Positions 58,350 to 64,000 of a stretch of 64,000 nt of DNA are shown one piece after another. Source of the stretch: the human T2T-CHM13v2.0 reference genome, Homo sapiens; the NCBI RefSeq assembly GCF_009914755.1, contig NC_060932.1; one strand, written 5' to 3'. Position numbers and translations under genes: made by a program. The notes under the pieces are model-generated. The model saw only the letters and a list, made by a program, of their open reading frames with translations, did no database searches and had not been told where the DNA came from. Numbering within the stretch: position 1 is the first letter of the stretch; the number at the start of each line of letters is the position of its first letter.

Positions 58350-58590
58350 GGGACTCATTTTAAAAACATACTTCTTCAAGATTTTCTTCCATGACTAGAA
58401 TTTTCTCCCAAGACTAGAATTAATGATCCACATACATGGTCTCAAAACATTATGTGCTTCAACTTATCCAATATTTAGCTCCCAGTTTGGCTATTTGCCT
58501 CTGTAATACAAACACAATATCCATGAAAACATAAAGTCTGCTAGCACCAAATAGGTGCTGAATATCTGTATGCTAAATAAATGAATGACA
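58350..58590 (+). mobile_element. L2 3' end
   Basis: ATAGGTGCTGAATATCTGTATGCTAAATAAATGAATGA. Confidence 0.5.
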
Positions 58591-60170
58591 GTTCAATTAT
58601 TCCATTCCTGTCTCATTAAGAGTAGAAAAACAATCATTTATTAGAAGGAATTTTTTTAAAAACCCACACACATAAATGATTGTGAACACAGGGATACAAA
58701 ATGTACTTGCGATAAACTAATGAAAGTAAAGGTCTTTATAAGGTGAAAATAAAAATGTGATTACATCAGAAAGAAGTCACTTGGAGACTGTATTATATTA
58801 ATTTTTTAAAAGCAACATAGAAGGTGTCCCATGTTTGTAGAGAAAAGTGAGTATTTAATTCAAAAAATAATATCAGTATGTTGAGTATAACATAGAATTA
58901 ATTATGATATTATTTTAAAGCCTCCTAATAATTTTATGGGAAAAAATGAGAGTATACAATGTCTGAAAGTCATTTTTAAAATTTCAACTAAGACACTGTT
59001 TCTTGATTAATAATTGATCCAAGAACAAATTGATTAGTAAATTTTCTGCAGATAAGGTAAAGATGAATGAGGGAAGGAGGCCAAGTTAATCAATAAAAAT
59101 ATGTACATGCAAAGAGCAGTTGGGTCAAAGGCATGAGACACTGCTGCCATCCTGAAGGAGCAGTCTATGAGAGAAAGGGTGGCGAGCTGTACATGAAAGA
59201 TACAGAGGAAAAGAAAGAGTTGAGTTGGCTTACAAAAGACTGTCTTCATGATAGGGTCAGCATAAGTGACACACAGGTAAATTACAATCACATAATAAGT
59301 GGGATGACTAAAATGAATGGGTTAGGATAATGATTATTTTGTTTTGGTGTAATGGACTATTAAAAAGCTTCATAGAAAGAATTACTAAACATCTTTCAGT
59401 ACAAGGTGAGAGGTTCTTACCAGGAGTCATGTGATAGAGCATAGGTAAGATGGGATCCAGCACAGGGAAATGTTCCTGTATGTGTTGCCTGAGGGGCTGC
59501 TAAGGAGATTTTAGCAAACGAAATTTTTGCTAAGGTTTTCCTGGCCAACCTTTCCATGTAACCCTTGTTACATGGAAACAAGGGTTGTTACATCCAATAA
59601 TATGATACATGTTTTGAGATACAAAGATAATTTCAGATAGATACTCCCTACTATCTTTAAACATTAAATTCCAAAAAATTATGGATTCCTCATTTTTTCT
59701 GGGTGTCATGGCCATTTTTAGCTGGCATTTCAAATACTTTGAGCCGGAAGGAGGACAAATATGGCAAATACAGTCCTCAGTCACCCGCACTGATGGCTAA
59801 TCAATCAATTAACAACACTATAAGTTTTATCTATTCAAATTGTATAGAGTTCCTATTGTTGTATATAAGTATTGTCTATTTTTTCCCATTTCCCTATTGG
59901 TTTAAATCCGTTATAACTATTTTAAAAGAAAAAAAAATGTCTGAATGGATTCACTTGGAGTAAAAAGCAATGAATATTTATTATAAATATTTCCTTTAAA
60001 GGTAAGTTACTAAAACATAATTCTATAGCATTCCTCTTTGTTCTTCAGGCATACAACAGTTTGTGGGGTGTTTTTTTTTTCATTGTATCTAATATTTGCT
60101 CCACAAAATGGAAAAATAAAACTTTTGAGTTTGGAAATGAGCAGACACATGTTTTTTATTACAAAGGGAG

Positions 60171-60285
60171 TTATTTAAATATTATTTAATAATTTTAAAT
60201 TTATTTAATAATTTTAATTATTTAAATAATTTTAAATATTATTTAAAATATTAAAATATTAATTAATTAATTAATTAAAAATATT
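60171..60285. repeat. 115-bp pure A/T low-complexity tract
   Basis: No G or C between 60171 and 60285; includes (TTAA)n. Confidence 0.9.
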
Positions 60286-62989
60286 GTCTCCACCTTTTCC
60301 TACTTTGAACAGTTTTGTAATTTATGGAACTAATTAAATGATTTTTTCACAATTTTAACAACTAGCAATTTTGCAGTTTATATGTACACAGATGTTTTCC
60401 TTTCCAATTGCTAACTTCTGTGAAGAAAGAGAAAAATGGAAACCAATATGGTGGGTTATTTGTGAATCTCAACCTAGTCCAAAGGCCTTTGGATGTTTGA
60501 TACACATTAGATTCTCTTCCTCCTCTACACATTTCTACCAAATAAATAAGCATTGGATGCAATGAGGTGTTTTTACTTTAAAATAAATTCCCTTATTTAT
60601 TGTTTCGTGAAACAATAAATATAGTATAAAGTATAAAATAAAGTATAAACAAATATGTCAAGATAGCCACCAAGCAAAGTCAATGAGTCCCTTTTGTCAG
60701 AGTACCTGGCCTCCAATAGCTTTTTGACACCAGTAGAGAAAATATTTCTAATGAAAGAAAAAAAATGCAGGGAGACAAAAAGCATTACTTCCCACATGAA
60801 AATTATATTTGCAGAGCTGTTCCCGATGCACATTTTTTTCTCCCTACAGAAGATTCCTCACTTTATTGAACTTAATTTTTATAAGCAAAATGAGTTGTTA
60901 GGTTCAGAGATGTAAAGTCTGGGCCAGGGGATTGTACAAAGTATTAAATTTGAAATATGTCAGTGTTAGATTTTGCTGGAAAAAAATTTGTCATATTTTC
61001 AGACTTGTATTTCTGAAGTTTTTCAATGTATTAAAAGATAAGTTGATTTTAAATATTACATACTAAAAGTTTATACAAAAGGAACTTGCTCTTTCAACTA
61101 TGCCTCTTCTCCCATCACATGTGGATTTTCCTAGTTTTTTGGGGGCTGACTACATATTCAGCAATGTGCTTCTATGCTACTTTGGAATCACCCTGTCATT
61201 TACTTAGCAATGAATTAATATCAAGCTTTCATCTTTGAAAAATGGGCTGTGATTTTTTTTAATACAAAATAAATCGGTATTATTTATTATACTTGACAAG
61301 CTACTCAGCTAGGCAACATTTAGTGATGTCCCCAGATAGAGAAGATTTAGATAACATTGTTTAAATATATGAGTCTTTAGTGAATTATTGGGACTTGGCA
61401 CTGTTTATAATTGTTAATTTTACCTCCACCTATGAAAAATGTCAAAAAGTGACTAAGTTCATTAGAGGGCTATCAGCCAATTGAAATCCAGTAATAGATG
61501 AATAATGTTAATGGGCTAAAAGCTGCCTTTTTTTTCTTAATACATTAGACATCTTGAATGGATTTCAAATATGAAACAATTGGCTTAATGTATTCTTAAA
61601 ATCAACAAACAAAATAGTTTATAATACAATACAAATTAACTTTGCTGAAAGTTTCTCTCCTTACCATTAAAATTTAATGAAATAAAGCATTCAAATATTT
61701 GTTCTCTTCTTTCATAATAGGCAACATTAATTTTAAAACCTGATGGATAAACAATTTTCTACCATTCTTTTTAGTTATAAATCAAAAGGTCACATTCCTA
61801 TAAGAAGTAACACTTGTTTTAAAAAAAAACTGTAGACATGAACACATCTGCTTGAAATAATCACAAAAGACTATTCAGTAAAACCTATGCTCTGCATCCA
61901 CAAGTACTCTGAGTGTCCTCTGATGGATCTCATCTACAAGTGAGAATAACCAAATATCCAGACATTGTGAGAAAAGACAGATAGATGGAAATATTCACAG
62001 TTAAATATGAAAGATGACATTTCTTTTCTTTTGTTGTTGTTAGGCTACTTGGTAATCCAAGAGCTATAATGCTATATATTGGGTGGAGGCATTACCTACT
62101 TGCCACAGGATTGGGGAAAGCTTCAAGGATAAAGAGGAATTCTAAAGAAGAAAGGTAGGACATTGAGAATAAGACAAAAGTCAGGATAAGAGGACCACAT
62201 ATTTAGCAGGAAATAATGGGCCAAATGCTGAGGCTGACTTATCTGTTGATGTATTATTTTGACTTACAGATTGCTCATCCTGCACTCTGCCGTTTTAGTG
62301 GCATGTTTCTCATGAGCAGAGAGTATGGTTTATCAGTTGTTGAATGTCTATGCCCTACTGGTGTTACTAAGTAACACCTTTACATAGTAGTCTCATAACC
62401 TTGAAAATTTTATTTGCTCTCAGTGAAGAAGATGCTCTCAGGAAAAAGCTTTCCTATTACTCTGACTGTGTATTGAAGGCCACAGAACACAAGATACATT
62501 GCCATTCCCACTAAATCAAAACAATTTTAAAAGGGTTTCCAACCTGTAGAAAATCTTAGAGTAACAGACTTGAAATGGAAAGAATCCATAGTTACTTTAC
62601 AAGGCCAAAGTTTTAATGCACAAAAAATAAGAATAAACCTAATGGGAGGGTGCAAACTAGTCCAGAGGGAAAATAGCCATATCATATACATGTGGTAATT
62701 GTATTTCACTGGTGAAATGCTTTGAATTTGAAAAGTCCTGTGCATTTTATTATGCTATGTAAGTGATCACTGCAACTAGAGACCAAATTAACTGCTGAGA
62801 GTTTCTCTCCTTACCACTCAAATTAAATCTGCAACAGTAGATGGGAAAACTGCTAAGCATACCCATATGCTTTGTTCTCTCTGCATGTCAGCCAATAAGC
62901 CAGAAGCATTTTGTAAACCCACCTGGAATGCCAAATATACATGATTTCTGTTCATCAGAAACCTTTCTGCTGGAAACTTTTATAGAAAA

Positions 62990-63146
62990 CTAGAAGTCTC
63001 TCTTCTAGACGAAATCTCTTTAAGCTATTTGAAATCAGGATCAGAGTAAGTGCAACTTAGAATTCCGTAAGTGCCTGCCTAATAGAATACCTTGCACACA
63101 CACACATACACACACAGAGGTTTTGCTGGATGAATGAACAAATGAA
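62990..63146 (+). mobile_element. L2 3' end with short (CA)n
   Basis: TAAGCTATTTGAAATCAGGA...TTTGCTGGATGAATGAACAAATGAAT. Confidence 0.5.
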
Positions 63147-64000
63147 TTTTCTAGCCTAAATTATGTTTTATGTGACTTAAACATAGTGATGAGAAAGGAT
63201 TGTATAAATCAGTAATAGCAATACTTTTCCTTTTCTTCTGCTCTAATAGCAATAAAAGGTAACCCAGACCAGTTTCCCCAAAATAACCTTTAGACTGACT
63301 ACCTGTCAGACCACATGTCTCAGTTTCAAGCTTTTCAAACACTCAGAATTATGCAGGTCCACATCCTGACTAAGAATGATGCACCAGACAAAAAGATATT
63401 GTAACACAAAGTGAAGGTTTCAAATGGGCGGCTCTATACTAAACAAATAAGAAAACTCAGACTGAGGATATGCATTTATGTCTTCAGAATTATTATGCCA
63501 GAGTGAATAGTCCATAATATTCACAATTTTCTTATAAAATCATTCTGTCATCAATAGCGCTATGTTAAAAAAATATCAAATCTAACTGGAGAGAAGATAT
63601 ACAAACAGTCATGGAATACTAAATATAATATTTTATTATATCCAGCAAATGAAGAGGGGTAATACAAGATCTTAAAAGCCTTAATCAAGGAACTATAGTC
63701 ATTGCATGGTGCATACAAATTCCTTGCAATTGTCCCTTTTCTATACTCAGGTATTCTTTCATCAGCATTCAAGAACCAAATTTATAAATGCCCAGAGGTT
63801 TTGTGTTTTTCAGTTGTGCATTATTTCATTTCTTCCATATTTTCTCTATATCAACCTTGGAGATTGATATTTTAGATTTGTCCTTTTATCTCTTAATCTG
63901 TTAACTCTGAGGGGAAATAATTACATTGTTTAATTAGCTGCTTCTGCCCATAATGTTCCCATGTCATTACCTAAAGAATTTTGCTTTATCTCTTTGCCTT

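Noticed and set aside
59380-59830. Possible coding exon(s) near splice-like motifs and ORF 59530-59790
   Set aside because: No recognisable protein similarity and no consistent acceptor/donor pair with an open frame.

Overview
AT-rich, repeat-dense primate genomic DNA, most likely ape or human (Alu, L1PA3-like, THE1 and HERV LTRs are present). It looks intergenic or deep-intronic. I find no supportable cellular protein-coding exon: every ORF I can recognise comes from L1, Alu, ERV, a retro-pseudogene or low-complexity DNA. Main contents: a full-length but disabled L1PA3-like element that still has the 5'UTR ZNF93-binding segment (7.25-13.45 kb); a 5'-deleted HERV-IP10-type provirus with env remnants, sitting in a MER4 LTR and carrying an AluY and a solo LTR30 (22.2-29.5 kb); a 5'-truncated RPSA processed pseudogene; a nested L1MA/L1PA/MER1B/THE1D stack (34-45 kb); and a 33-nt tailless U6 retrocopy with perfect target-site duplications (TSDs). 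The least routine signals are several short patchworks of inverted and direct copies that resemble templated-insertion repair scars (the best, at 14.7-14.84 kb, includes a 21-bp exact copy of a site 2.7 kb away) and an old local duplication at 61.6/62.8 kb with micro-exon-like splice signals. I cannot support a novel multi-gene biological system here. Subfamily names come from recalled consensus sequences and need RepeatMasker/Dfam confirmation. Boundaries of old elements are approximate.
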